Below, piece by piece: positions 17,918-27,154 of a stretch of DNA of 64,000 nt. How positions within the stretch are numbered: position 1 is the first letter of the stretch; the number at the start of each line of letters is the position of its first letter. The DNA comes from Christensenella sp. GTDB taxonomy: Bacteria > Bacillota > Clostridia > Christensenellales > CAG-138. A program made the position numbers and the translations under genes. The notes beneath the pieces were generated by a model. It ran no database searches and was not told the origin of the DNA. It was given only the letters and a program-made list of their open reading frames with translations. The DNA lies in the NCBI GenBank assembly GCA_034927595.1, contig JAYFPQ010000017.1:34224-98223 (forward strand), written 5' to 3'.

Positions 17918-18648
17918 GCCGCGCGGCGCTGGTCACCGGCGGTTCCGGCGGAATCGGCCGCGCGATCTGCCGCCGTTTGGCACAGGACGGGTTTGACGTT
18001 GCTGTGCATTACCGCAGCAACGCGGGGGAAGCCGAGGCGGTCTGTGCGGAGATTCGCGCGCTCGGGCAAAGAGCCATTGCGTTCAGCGCGGATTTAACCA
18101 ACTCGGCGGAGTGCGCCGCGCTGGTGCAGGCCTGTGTAACGGAGCTCGGCGGCTTGGACGCGCTGGTCAACAACGCGGGCATCACAAACGACGGACTGTT
18201 GCTGCGTATGACGGATGAGCAGTACCAGAGTGTGCTAAGGGCAAACCTCGACAGCTGCTTCTATTGCACGCGCGAGGGAATTGCCCAGATGGCGCGCCAG
18301 AAGAGCGGGCGGATCGTGAACATTACGTCTGTCATCGGCATGACCGGCAACATCGGTCAGGCGAACTACGCCGCGTCGAAAGCGGGCATCATCGGGCTGA
18401 CGAAGTCGAGCGCGAAGGAGGTTGCCCGCTGGGGCATCTGCGTCAACGCGGTTGCCCCGGGGTATATTGAAACCGCCATGACGCAGAAGATGCCGCAGGC
18501 CGCGCGGGACGCGATGCAGCAGCATATTCCCCTGCGCAGGCTCGGCCAGCCGGAGGACGTTGCGAATCTGGTTGCCTTCCTCTGCGGAGACGGCGCTTCC
18601 TACATCACGGGGCAGGTCTTCGTGGTCGACGGCGGCATGGCAATTTAA
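17914..18648 (+). CDS. fabG: 3-oxoacyl-ACP reductase
   Basis: 244 aa SDR. Motifs: [22 protein letters not shown]. Confidence 0.9.
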   Translation: MSRAALVTGGSGGIGRAICRRLAQDGFDVAVHYRSNAGEAEAVCAEIRALGQRAIAFSADLTNSAECAALVQACVTELGGLDALVNNAGITNDGLLLRMTDEQYQSVLRANLDSCFYCTREGIAQMARQKSGRIVNITSVIGMTGNIGQANYAASKAGIIGLTKSSAKEVARWGICVNAVAPGYIETAMTQKMPQAARDAMQQHIPLRRLGQPEDVANLVAFLCGDGASYITGQVFVVDGGMAI

Positions 18649-18671
18649 TCGTTCGAAAGGAAACAGGGAAC

Positions 18672-19919
18672 ATGAACGTTTGTATTACCGGTATGGGCGC
18701 GGTGTCCCCCATTGGCGCAACCGCCACAGAGAGTTTTGCTTCGGCGGCGGCGGGCAAGAGCGGAATTGGCGCGCCGACCTTGTTCAGCGCGGAGGAAACA
18801 CAGATTTTCGCCGCGGGCGAGGTCAAGGATTTTAATCCGGAACCCTATGTCAACAAGCGCGAGGCAAAGCGCATGGCGCGTTTTACGCAGATGGCAATCG
18901 TCGCGGCGGCGCAGGCCTGGGAACAGAGCGGCTTACAGGACGCGGGGTTCGATCCCGAGCGGGTCGGCGTTGTGCTCGGCAGCGGTATGGGCGGGCTGGA
19001 CGTCATCTGCGAGCAGCACGAGGAGCTGCGCACCAACGGGCCAAGGAGCGTTTCGTCGCTCTTTATTCCGAAGACCATCATCAACACGACCGCCGGACTG
19101 ATTGCGATTCGCTACGGCCTCGTCGGGCCGTGTTTCGCGCTCGTGACCGCCTGCGCTTCCGGCGCGGACGCGATTGGCCACGCGTATTATGCGATTCGCG
19201 AGGGTCGCCTGGACGCGGTGCTCGTCGGCGGCGCGGAATCCGTGATGACGGAGCTCGCCGTGCAGGGCTTCCACCAGATGGGTGCGCTGTCGGAGAGCAC
19301 CGATCCTTCCCGCGCGAGCATTCCGTTTGACAAGGAGCGTCAGGGGTTCGTGATGGGCGAAGGAGCGGCGTTTTTGCTGCTCGAAAGCGAGGAGTCCGCG
19401 CGCAAACGCGGCGCAACCGTGCTCGGCGAACTCGCGGGCTACGCGCAGACCTGCGACGCGCACCACATCACCGCGCCGCAGCCGGAGGGCAAGCAGGCCG
19501 CCCGCGCGATGGCGGAGGCAATTCGCGACGCGGGGATCGCGAAGGAGCAAATTGGCTACATCAATGCGCACGGAACGAGCACGCCGCTCAACGACGCGGG
19601 CGAAAGCGCGGCCATCGAAACCTGCTTTGGGGAATATGCCAAAGAACTGAAGATCAGCTCGACCAAGTCGATGACCGGGCACATGCTCGGTGCGGCGGGC
19701 GCATTTGAGGCGGTTCTGTCGCTGCTTGCGCTGAACGAGGGAATTGCGCCGCCGACGATTGGACTCACCGAAGAAGCGGAAGACTGTCGCCTGAACTACG
19801 TGAAGGGCAAGGCGCAGCCGTTGCAGAGCGAATACGCGCTCTCCAATTCCTTTGGCTTTGGCGGGCACAATAGCTGCCTTGTGCTCAAGAAGCAATCAAA
19901 CGGCGGGAAACTGCTATGA
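18672..19919 (+). CDS. fabF: 3-oxoacyl-ACP synthase II
   Basis: 415 aa. Cys-His-His triad contexts: TACASGADAI, NAHGTSTPLND, GHMLGAAG. Confidence 0.92.
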   Translation: MNVCITGMGAVSPIGATATESFASAAAGKSGIGAPTLFSAEETQIFAAGEVKDFNPEPYVNKREAKRMARFTQMAIVAAAQAWEQSGLQDAGFDPERVGVVLGSGMGGLDVICEQHEELRTNGPRSVSSLFIPKTIINTTAGLIAIRYGLVGPCFALVTACASGADAIGHAYYAIREGRLDAVLVGGAESVMTELAVQGFHQMGALSESTDPSRASIPFDKERQGFVMGEGAAFLLLESEESARKRGATVLGELAGYAQTCDAHHITAPQPEGKQAARAMAEAIRDAGIAKEQIGYINAHGTSTPLNDAGESAAIETCFGEYAKELKISSTKSMTGHMLGAAGAFEAVLSLLALNEGIAPPTIGLTEEAEDCRLNYVKGKAQPLQSEYALSNSFGFGGHNSCLVLKKQSNGGKLL

Positions 19920-20350
19920 CGAGATTGAGCGTCGAGGAGATCAAGACAATTCTGCCGCACCGCGAGCCGTTTTTGATGCTGGATCGCGTGGAGGACTACG
20001 TTCCCGGCGAATTCGCAAAGGCGGTGAAGTCCGTCTCCGCGAACGAGTGGTTCTTTCTGGGGCACTTTGCCGAAACCAGGGTGATGCCGGGCGTGCTGAT
20101 TGTCGAGGCGCTCGCGCAGACGGGTGGCATCGCGCTCTTGACGATGGACGCCGTGCGCGGAAAGCTCGCGTTTCTGGGGCGCATCCGCAATGCGCGGTTC
20201 TTTGCCCCCGTCGTACCGGGCGATCGGTTGGAACTCGAAACCAAGATCGACGCAGTCAACGGCGGCATTGGCACCGGAACCGGCATAGCAACGGTGGACG
20301 GACAAAAAGTTGCCGAGTGCGAACTCGTGTTTGCCATTCGGGACGCATAA
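19916..20350 (+). CDS. fabZ: 3-hydroxyacyl-ACP dehydratase
   Basis: 144 aa. Motifs: LPHREPFLMLDRV, GHFAETRVMPGVLIVEALAQ. Confidence 0.9.
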   Translation: MTRLSVEEIKTILPHREPFLMLDRVEDYVPGEFAKAVKSVSANEWFFLGHFAETRVMPGVLIVEALAQTGGIALLTMDAVRGKLAFLGRIRNARFFAPVVPGDRLELETKIDAVNGGIGTGTGIATVDGQKVAECELVFAIRDA

Positions 20351-20383
20351 TGTGACTGGGGGAGGGGAGTTGGGGGACTCCTT

Positions 20384-20409
20384 GCGGCGCTTCGGCGCCG
20401 CATTTTTTG
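20384..20409 (+). terminator. rho-independent terminator of the acc-fab operon
   Basis: GCGGCGC-TTCG-GCGCCGC followed by ATTTTTTGTT. Confidence 0.8.
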
Positions 20410-20456
20410 TTGCGTTTTGCGTGAGCGAAAAAATCGGAAACAAATCCAAAAAACTA

Positions 20457-20507
20457 CTTGACCAACTGGTCAAGAGGTGCTATTCTCTATTTGACCAAGT
20501 GGTCAAG
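20457..20507 (+). promoter_or_regulatory. promoter with twin 7-2-7 palindromic operators TTGACCA-AC/AG-TGGTCAA
   Basis: Operator 1 is 20458..20473 and doubles as the -35 TTGACC. A 17-nt spacer ends in TGC, then TATTCT (20481..20486). Operator 2 is 20491..20506, at the predicted +1. RBS AAGGAGG follows at 20505..20511. Confidence 0.7.
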
Positions 20508-20517
20508 GAGGATGTGT

Positions 20518-21366
20518 ATGATTCAGGTCAACCATGTGTTTCACGATTACGAGGGCAAGGGCAAGTGCGCCGTGTCGGACATCTCCTTTCGCGTAGAGGA
20601 CGGGAGTATCTTCGGCTTTCTGGGCCCTTCCGGCGCGGGCAAGTCGACGATTCAAAACATCATGACGGGCTTGCTGCCGCTGCAACGGGGCGAAGTGCTC
20701 TACGAAGAGACGTCCGTCCACGCGCTGAAGACTCGTTTCTTTCAGCAGATTGGCGTTTCGTTTGAGCAAAACAACCTCTATCCGTCGCTGACCGGGTTCG
20801 AGAACCTCAAGTATTACGCCGCGCTGTTCTCCGTGCCGACCATTTCGCCGATGGAACTGCTCGAGCGGGTGGGACTACGGGACGACGCGAACAAGCGCGT
20901 TTCGAACTACTCCAAGGGTATGCGGCAGCGTCTGACCTTTGCGCGCGCGCTGCTGAACCGTCCGCGGTATCTCTTTCTGGACGAACCGACCAGCGGGCTC
21001 GATCCCAAGACGGCGGTTGGCATCCGCGAGCTGATCAACGAGCAGAAGGCGCGCGGCGCGGCGGTGTTTCTCACTACGCACAGCATGGAGCTTGCGGACG
21101 CGCTCAGCGACACGGTTGCGTTTCTTTACGGTGGAGAAATCGCCGCCTGCGACACGCCGGAGGCACTGAAACGCAAATACGGCAAACGGGATGTCCGCGT
21201 GCGCTATCTCGAAAACGGCGAGGAGCGCGAGAAAACCTTTTCCATGGACGAGAAGGCGGCGCTCTCCGCGTTTCTGACGCAGGCGGAGGTCGTGAAGATT
21301 CATTCGCAGGAGGCGACGCTGGAGGAGATCTTCCTTCAGGTAACCGGAAAGGAGCTCTCCGCGTGA
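20518..21366 (+). CDS. ABC transporter ATP-binding protein (ABC-2 exporter type)
   Basis: Track ORF is 20458..21366. The ATG at 20518 follows AAGGAGG. Walker A GPSGAGKST, signature YSKGMRQRL, Walker B LFLDEPTSGLD. Confidence 0.88.
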   Translation: MIQVNHVFHDYEGKGKCAVSDISFRVEDGSIFGFLGPSGAGKSTIQNIMTGLLPLQRGEVLYEETSVHALKTRFFQQIGVSFEQNNLYPSLTGFENLKYYAALFSVPTISPMELLERVGLRDDANKRVSNYSKGMRQRLTFARALLNRPRYLFLDEPTSGLDPKTAVGIRELINEQKARGAAVFLTTHSMELADALSDTVAFLYGGEIAACDTPEALKRKYGKRDVRVRYLENGEEREKTFSMDEKAALSAFLTQAEVVKIHSQEATLEEIFLQVTGKELSA

Positions 21367-22331
21367 AACGTGTGTTTCTCATCTGTGCGCAGGATATGAA
21401 GCGGCTGCTGACAAACGCGCTGTTCTGGGTGCTGACCGGAACGCTGGCGGTGATTGTACTGGTGGTCGATCTCGCCCTGCCAAAGGAAGCGGCGCAGCAG
21501 AACCTTCGCGTGTACACCTACCAAGCGCCCGCCGCGTTCTCCGCCGGGGAGGCCGTAGAAAGCCGCGATGCGCTGCGGCAGGCCGTGCGCGAGGGGGATG
21601 CGGTCGGCTTCTCGTTTGGCGAGGGCAATACTACGATTGTGCACCCCGGTTATTCCGCGCAAACGCTCGAAGCAATTGCGCTGGAGCTCTCCGGTGTGCA
21701 GCCCGCGCCGGTTGCGACGAAGACGCTCAACGAAACCGCGAAGGAGATTCCCTTTCACTTGACCAGCACGCCGATCTTCATCTGCTTTGAAGCGCTGATG
21801 GTCGGATTTATCCTCGGCGGGGCGCTGATGCTCTCCGAAAAGCAGGATGGAACGGTTCTGGCGCTGCGCGTGTCCCCGCTGAACACCGCAACCTATATCG
21901 TGTCTAAAACGCTGCTGTTTTCGCTGATTGGAACCGTCTATGCGTCGCTGATCGGCGTGCTGACGGTCGGCTTCTCCATTCACTGGGGAATGTTCCTGTT
22001 GCTTTCGTTCGTTGGCACGGCGATCTTTACGATGATTGGTTTGGCGTATACAACGCCGTTTCGCGATATGAGTGGCTGGTTTTTCTCAATGGTCGTGCTG
22101 CTCAGCGTAAACATGCTGCCGGTCATCAGCTACTCTTCGCCCGCGTTCACGCCATTTTGGATGAAGCTGATTCCGTCCTACCCGATTCTAATGGCCTACC
22201 GCAGCGCACTGTTTGGCGAGTCGCTCGACCTGCGGTATACGCTCATCGCAATGGCGGTTTGGCTCGTGGCGTCCTACCTATTGGCGCAGAGGGTTGTCTG
22301 GAAACGGCATTTGAGGAGGGCGAGCAGATGA
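21363..22331 (+). CDS. ABC-2 type transporter permease
   Basis: 322 aa. An N-terminal TM segment and a ~120-aa extracytoplasmic loop precede a C-terminal bundle of hydrophobic helices. Its start overlaps the ATPase stop. Confidence 0.7.
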   Translation: MKRVFLICAQDMKRLLTNALFWVLTGTLAVIVLVVDLALPKEAAQQNLRVYTYQAPAAFSAGEAVESRDALRQAVREGDAVGFSFGEGNTTIVHPGYSAQTLEAIALELSGVQPAPVATKTLNETAKEIPFHLTSTPIFICFEALMVGFILGGALMLSEKQDGTVLALRVSPLNTATYIVSKTLLFSLIGTVYASLIGVLTVGFSIHWGMFLLLSFVGTAIFTMIGLAYTTPFRDMSGWFFSMVVLLSVNMLPVISYSSPAFTPFWMKLIPSYPILMAYRSALFGESLDLRYTLIAMAVWLVASYLLAQRVVWKRHLRRASR

Positions 22332-23323
22332 AGGCGTTCTTTGCATCGGTGGATCAGGAGTTCAAGCGAATCTTTCGCAACGGCATCTCGATTTTCATGG
22401 TGGCGGCTCCGGCCATTCTCGCGTTTGTATTCATTCTCGTGTTTGGCGCGGTGAACCAGACGACGGTGAAACTCGCCGTGGACAGCACGCTGGGTGCCGC
22501 GCTGGTCGAACGGCTGGCGCGTGTCGCCGAGGTGGAGCGCTTTCCCGACACGGCGCGCATGGAAGCGCGCGTGCTCAGCGCGGACGCGGTAGTGGGCGTA
22601 ACCATGCAAAACGGCTTGGTGACCGCGGTGCTTGAGGGCAACGAGGGAACGAACGTGAGAACCTCCGTCGAAAAGGTCATTGGTCTTGCGTTGAACGCGC
22701 CGCCGGACGGGGTGTCCTACCAGAGCGAAACGGTGGAAGCCAAGGGCGGAATGGCGTATACTCTGTCTATGATCAGCATGCTGCTCATGTCGCTGTTCAT
22801 CGGCGGCGCGACGGTTGGGCTATCCATTGTGGACGAGCGGGAGAGCGGCGCAATCCGCGCCATCACGGTGAGCCCCACGCGGCTTTCGGGCTATGTGGTG
22901 TCCAAGCTTGCGCCCGCGCTGATTCTCGGACTAGTTGGCATCGGCGCGGCGGCGCTGATCATTGGAAAAGCCGAGCTGGTGCCGCGTTATCTGCTGCTCG
23001 CGCTCTCCAGCGTGCTGGTTTCGGGCATGATGACGTTTGCGCTTGGCTCGTTTGCGAACAATCAAATCGCGGCAATCGGCGTGCTGAAGATACTGATTCC
23101 GCTGAGCATGATTCTGCCGGTTTCGGCAATGTTCGTTCCGGATCAATGGCAGTTTTTCTACTATGTACTACCGATGTATTGGCAGTATCGCGCGCTCAGC
23201 GCGGTGCTCGCCGGGGCGCCGTGGCTCTGGCCGGCGCTGCTCACGCTGCTGGTCAGCGTGCCGTGGTTTCTGGCGGCGGTTTTGCATTTTGCGAACAAGA
23301 CAAAGTTTCGAATGGGGAGGTGA
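22328..23323 (+). CDS. ABC-2 type transporter permease (second subunit)
   Basis: Track ORF is 22157..23323. The ATG at 22328 (MKAFFASVDQEFKRIF) forms an ATGA overlap with the upstream stop. Topology is the same as the preceding permease. Confidence 0.7.
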   Translation: MKAFFASVDQEFKRIFRNGISIFMVAAPAILAFVFILVFGAVNQTTVKLAVDSTLGAALVERLARVAEVERFPDTARMEARVLSADAVVGVTMQNGLVTAVLEGNEGTNVRTSVEKVIGLALNAPPDGVSYQSETVEAKGGMAYTLSMISMLLMSLFIGGATVGLSIVDERESGAIRAITVSPTRLSGYVVSKLAPALILGLVGIGAAALIIGKAELVPRYLLLALSSVLVSGMMTFALGSFANNQIAAIGVLKILIPLSMILPVSAMFVPDQWQFFYYVLPMYWQYRALSAVLAGAPWLWPALLTLLVSVPWFLAAVLHFANKTKFRMGR

Positions 23324-23329
23324 ACGAAC

Positions 23330-23467
23330 ATGGCATGGTATTGGTGGGCACTGATCGCGGTTGGCGTGGCGATCATCGTTTGGCTGAAGATCCTGTTTGT
23401 GCCGAAGTATCTGAAAAAACAGCAGGAGAAACGAGAGCAGCGCGCTCGCATGGAGGATGAGGACTGA
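23330..23467 (+). CDS. 45-aa single-pass membrane peptide (not in ORF track)
   Basis: MAWYWWALIAVGVAIIVWLKILFVPKYLKKQQEKREQRARMEDED. A GGAGG RBS (23316..23320) lies 9 nt upstream. Its stop overlaps the TetR ATG (TGATG). Confidence 0.5.
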   Translation: MAWYWWALIAVGVAIIVWLKILFVPKYLKKQQEKREQRARMEDED

Positions 23468-24096
23468 TGGGGGAACCCCTGAAACTAAAATGGATGGCCG
23501 CCGGGCTTGGTAACCCGCTCGATCAGTCGCAGGCGCTCTATGAAGCGGCGTTGACGGAGTTTGCCGCGCACTCCTTTCAGGATGCGTCGCTCAACGATAT
23601 CCTCAAGGCGGCGGACATGAACAAAGGAAGCTTCTACTACCGTTTCTCGGATAAGATGGAGCTCTATCTTTCACTGCTCTATCGCGTTGGAATGGAGAAG
23701 CTGAAGCTTTTCGAGGAGGCCGGGGTGTCCAAATCATCCGGCGGGTTCTTTGACGAGTTTCGAAACATGGCGATTCTCGGTCTTCGAATGGCACAAAAGG
23801 ACGTCCGGTTCCTCGTCTTCTCGCGGAGAATTCTGCAGGAGGACCCGTCCGTTCGCGAACAGATCACAAAGACGTTCGGAAACCTCAGCGGAACGCTTCT
23901 GACCGACATGGTGGAGCGCGCAAAAGCGGCCGGGGAGTTCCGGCCGGATTTGCCGACCGAAACCGTTGTGTTTGTGATTGAAACGCTGCTGAACCACCTG
24001 GATTCCATGATTCCGCCGGACTGGGACAACGAATCCGTACTTCAGGCGGTCGACCGGTTGCTGGATGTGATACGTTCCGGCGTGGGAGCAAAGTAA
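23467..24096 (+). CDS. TetR/AcrR family transcriptional regulator
   Basis: 209 aa. N-terminal HTH: AALTEFAAHSFQDASLNDILKAADMNKGSFYYRFSDKMELY. Confidence 0.85.
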   Translation: MGEPLKLKWMAAGLGNPLDQSQALYEAALTEFAAHSFQDASLNDILKAADMNKGSFYYRFSDKMELYLSLLYRVGMEKLKLFEEAGVSKSSGGFFDEFRNMAILGLRMAQKDVRFLVFSRRILQEDPSVREQITKTFGNLSGTLLTDMVERAKAAGEFRPDLPTETVVFVIETLLNHLDSMIPPDWDNESVLQAVDRLLDVIRSGVGAK

Positions 24097-24118
24097 CAGA
24101 AGAATCGTCTCAAAAATT

Positions 24119-24157
24119 CCTCGAACTCGCGTTGTGCGCTGGTTCGGGGATTTTTTT
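24119..24157 (+). terminator. rho-independent terminator after the TetR gene
   Basis: CCTCGAAC ... GTTCGGGG stem with an inner CGC/GCG helix, followed by ATTTTTTT. Confidence 0.6.
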
Positions 24158-24178
24158 GTAACGCTGTCACTTTTCAGA

Positions 24179-24221
24179 TTGACAAATCTTGATTTGACGA
24201 GTAAGATGAATATAAATCAAG
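24179..24221 (+). promoter_or_regulatory. promoter plus inverted repeat upstream of arsR
   Basis: TTGACA (24179..24184), a 17-nt spacer, TAAGAT (24202..24207). The inverted repeat CTTGATTT (24188..24195) / AAATCAAG (24214..24221) brackets the -10. Confidence 0.55.
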
Positions 24222-24244
24222 TATTTTTGATGTGAGGAAATGGA

Positions 24245-24559
24245 ATGGAATCTTCTTATCTGCGCGACGCCAAGGTGTTTAAGGCGTTTTGCGACGAAAA
24301 CCGGCTGCGTATTTTGGAGCGATTGCGCGGCGGGGAGAAGTGCGCCTGCAAACTGACCGAGGATCTTGAGATTGGCCAGAGCGCGCTGTCCTACCACATG
24401 AAGATTCTCGTGGAGTCCGGCGTGGTAGCCGCGCGGCAGGAGGGCAAGTGGACGCACTATAGCCTCTGCGAAACGGGCAGCGCGTATGCGCTCTCTCTGC
24501 TTCGGGCAATCACCACCCCGCTGGAGACGCAGGACGAAGACGCCTGCTGCAATCAATAA
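24245..24559 (+). CDS. arsR: ArsR/SmtB family metalloregulator
   Basis: 104 aa. FKAFCDENRLRILERLRGGEKCACKLTEDL carries a CxC metalloid site in the position of the ELCVCDL motif. Also SALSYHMKILVESG. The C-terminal tail is DEDACCNQ. Confidence 0.85.
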   Translation: MESSYLRDAKVFKAFCDENRLRILERLRGGEKCACKLTEDLEIGQSALSYHMKILVESGVVAARQEGKWTHYSLCETGSAYALSLLRAITTPLETQDEDACCNQ

Positions 24560-24583
24560 TAGAGAATAGAAAGATAGACGAAC

Positions 24584-25606
24584 ATGACCTTTGTGCAAGT
24601 GTTAAAAACAATTTGGGACTTTTTCCAACATCAGGTGCTCGCCATGCAGTGGCTCAACGAGTTGCTGGGGCGGATGCTGACCTCGTTCGGACTGGACACG
24701 GCGAACCGCTGGGTCGGCAGCCTGCAATTTTTCCTTTACGACGTGATTAAGATTACGATTCTGCTCTGCACGCTGATCTTTGTGATCAGCTACATTCAGA
24801 GCTTCTTTCCGCCGGAACGCAGCAAAAAAATCCTCGGCCGGTTTCGTGGCATCGGCGCAAACATCGTCGCCGCGCTGCTGGGTACGGTTACGCCGTTTTG
24901 CTCCTGCTCGTCCATTCCGCTGTTCATCGGCTTTACCTCGGCGGGGCTGCCGGTCGGCGTTACGTTTTCGTTTCTGATTTCGTCGCCCATGGTCGATCTG
25001 GGTTCTTTGGTGCTCTTAATGAGCATCTTCGGCGCGAAGGTTGCGGTGATCTATGTGGTATTTGGCCTCGTCATCGCGGTGCTCGGCGGCACGCTGATCG
25101 AGAAACTGCACATGGAGCGGCATGTCGAAAGTTTTATTCTCACCGCGGGCAGTGTGGACATCGACTCGCCCACGCTGACCATTCGCGAACGGTTGATCTA
25201 CGCCAAAGAGCAGATGGTCAATACCTTCAAGAAGGTGTTTCCATATATCCTGATCGGCGTCGGCATCGGCGCGGTGATTCATAACTGGATTCCGGAAACG
25301 TGGATCGTCACCGTGCTGGGCAACAAAAACCCCTTTGGCGTCGTGCTGGCTACGTTGATTGGCGTGCCGATGTACGCGGACATCTTTGGCACGATTCCCA
25401 TCGCGGAGGCGCTGTTTACCAAGGGGGCGCAGCTTGGGTCGGTGCTGTCGTTTATGATGGCGGTGACCACGCTCTCGCTGCCGTCGATGATCATGCTTCG
25501 TAAGGCCGTCAAGCCGAAACTCCTCGCGCTGTTCATCGCAATCTGCACCGCAGGGATCATTCTGGTTGGTTATTTATTCAACGCGCTTCAGCCGTTGATT
25601 GCATAG
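24584..25606 (+). CDS. arsP: ArsP-type permease (DUF318 family)
   Basis: 340 aa polytopic protein. It contains the vicinal-Cys motif TPFCSCSSIPLF characteristic of ArsP organoarsenical permeases. Confidence 0.75.
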   Translation: MTFVQVLKTIWDFFQHQVLAMQWLNELLGRMLTSFGLDTANRWVGSLQFFLYDVIKITILLCTLIFVISYIQSFFPPERSKKILGRFRGIGANIVAALLGTVTPFCSCSSIPLFIGFTSAGLPVGVTFSFLISSPMVDLGSLVLLMSIFGAKVAVIYVVFGLVIAVLGGTLIEKLHMERHVESFILTAGSVDIDSPTLTIRERLIYAKEQMVNTFKKVFPYILIGVGIGAVIHNWIPETWIVTVLGNKNPFGVVLATLIGVPMYADIFGTIPIAEALFTKGAQLGSVLSFMMAVTTLSLPSMIMLRKAVKPKLLALFIAICTAGIILVGYLFNALQPLIA

Positions 25607-25618
25607 GAGAAGAAACGT

Positions 25619-25897
25619 ATGGCAAAAACTTGGTACCCCGTTGTGGACTATTCCATCTGCTCGGAATGCGGCAGCTGCGTGGAGAAATGCCCGCACGCCG
25701 TCTACGACACGAACAAAGCCCCGACTCCGGTGGTGGTAGCTCCGGACGACTGCGTGGATCACTGCCACGGCTGCGGAAACCGCTGCCCGGTCGGTGCGAT
25801 TACCTATGTCGGAGAAGATACGGACTGGACGCCGCCGAACGGCGCGAAGACGCAGGAAGAAGAGGCTTGCTCCTGTGGGGGAAGCTGCTGTGGATGA
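25619..25897 (+). CDS. small 4Fe-4S ferredoxin-like protein with Cys-rich C-terminal tail
   Basis: 92 aa. CSECGSCVEKCP and CVDHCHGCGNRCP cluster motifs. The tail is EEEACSCGGSCCG. Confidence 0.75.
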   Translation: MAKTWYPVVDYSICSECGSCVEKCPHAVYDTNKAPTPVVVAPDDCVDHCHGCGNRCPVGAITYVGEDTDWTPPNGAKTQEEEACSCGGSCCG

Positions 25898-26468
25898 GGA
25901 GCAAAAGGACAAAAGAAGCATTCTTCTGAAAATCCTGGTGCTGACGATGATTCTCGTGGCGATTGGTACCATCTGGGTCATCAAAAACGGGATTCCTGTT
26001 CGAAACGCCGCCGAAACGCAGACACTGGAACCAAGCGCTACAGCAGCGGACACGACGACGGAAAACACCGGCTTTGCGCTGGAGGTGGAGTCCATCGATC
26101 TGGCGGCGCTGCTGTCTGCCCGGCTTCCAATCGTTCTCGACTTTGGGTCGGATTCCTGCATTCCCTGTCAGCAGATGGCGCCGGTGCTGCAAAGCGCCAA
26201 TGCGGACTATCAGGGCAAGGCGATCGTCCAGTTTCTGGATGTTCGAAAATATCCGGACGCGGTGGGCAACTTTCCCGTGCAGGTGATTCCGACGCAGTTT
26301 TTCATCAACGCGGACGGAACGCCTTATGTTCCGAATGAGGAACTGGGCGTGGAGTTTATCCTGTATCGTACCAAGGACACGCAGCAGCACGTATTTACCG
26401 CGCATCAGGGCGCTCTGACCAGCGAGGCGCTGGACGCAATTCTGGCGGACATGGGTGCGGGCAAATGA
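25890..26468 (+). CDS. membrane-anchored thioredoxin-fold protein (TlpA/ResA-like, CxxC)
   Basis: Track ORF is 25794..26468 and overlaps the ferredoxin gene. GTG at 25890 follows GGGGGAAG. TM anchor ILLKILVLTMILVAIGTIWVI. Redox motif DFGSDSCIPCQ. The start codon is uncertain. Confidence 0.7.
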   Translation: MDEEQKDKRSILLKILVLTMILVAIGTIWVIKNGIPVRNAAETQTLEPSATAADTTTENTGFALEVESIDLAALLSARLPIVLDFGSDSCIPCQQMAPVLQSANADYQGKAIVQFLDVRKYPDAVGNFPVQVIPTQFFINADGTPYVPNEELGVEFILYRTKDTQQHVFTAHQGALTSEALDAILADMGAGK

Positions 26469-27154
26469 TCGACGCTTGGCTGGAACAGATTGGTCAGCTC
26501 ATCGGTCAGAGTCTTTGGCTGGCGCCGTTGCTTGCCTTGCTCGCGGGGGTGCTCACCTCGTTTACGCCCTGCGCGCTGTCCAGCATTCCTCTCGTGATTG
26601 CGTATGTTGGCGGCACCGGCGTCGAGCCGAAGAAAGCGGCGAAGCTTTCGCTCGTCTTTGCGCTCGGTTCGGCGGTTACGTTTACGGTGCTTGGCGTGGT
26701 TGCCGCGAGCATCGGGTATCTCATCGGCGTTGGCGCGAAGTGGTGGTACCTCGTGCTCGGCGCGCTGATGGTGCTCATGGCGCTACAGACATGGGGAATC
26801 GTGAACCTTGTTCCCTCGACCTATCTGACCGGAAGGAGCAAACGGCGCGGATATCTCGGTGCGTTGCTCACGGGAATGCTCGGCGGGCTGTTCTCGTCTC
26901 CTTGTGCAACGCCCGTATTGGTTGCTTTGCTGGCGGTCGCGGCGGGCAGCGGCAGTCTGCTCCGGGGAACTATGCTCCTGCTGCTCTACGGCGTCGGCCA
27001 CGGCGCGCTTGCTGTTCTGGCGGGGTCGTCGATTGGCGCGGTGAACAAGCTCACACAAAGCGAGCGGTATGGTGCACTCTCCTGTGTACTCAAGATTGTG
27101 TTGGGCGTGCTGATCTTGCTCATTGGACTGTACCTGTTCTATTTGGGATTCTAA
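26465..27154 (+). CDS. ccdA: CcdA/DsbD-family transmembrane thiol:disulfide electron transporter
   Basis: 229 aa. Motifs: LAGVLTSFTPCALSSIPLVIAYV and GGLFSSPCATPVL (two conserved Cys in TM helices). ATGA overlap with the upstream gene. Confidence 0.85.
   Translation: MIDAWLEQIGQLIGQSLWLAPLLALLAGVLTSFTPCALSSIPLVIAYVGGTGVEPKKAAKLSLVFALGSAVTFTVLGVVAASIGYLIGVGAKWWYLVLGALMVLMALQTWGIVNLVPSTYLTGRSKRRGYLGALLTGMLGGLFSSPCATPVLVALLAVAAGSGSLLRGTMLLLLYGVGHGALAVLAGSSIGAVNKLTQSERYGALSCVLKIVLGVLILLIGLYLFYLGF

Noticed and set aside
15985-19895. Antisense ORFs of 231-350 aa opposite fabK, fabD and fabF (15985..17037, 17060..17755, 18933..19895).
   Set aside because: Same reasoning: these are shadow ORFs opposite highly conserved FAS II genes.
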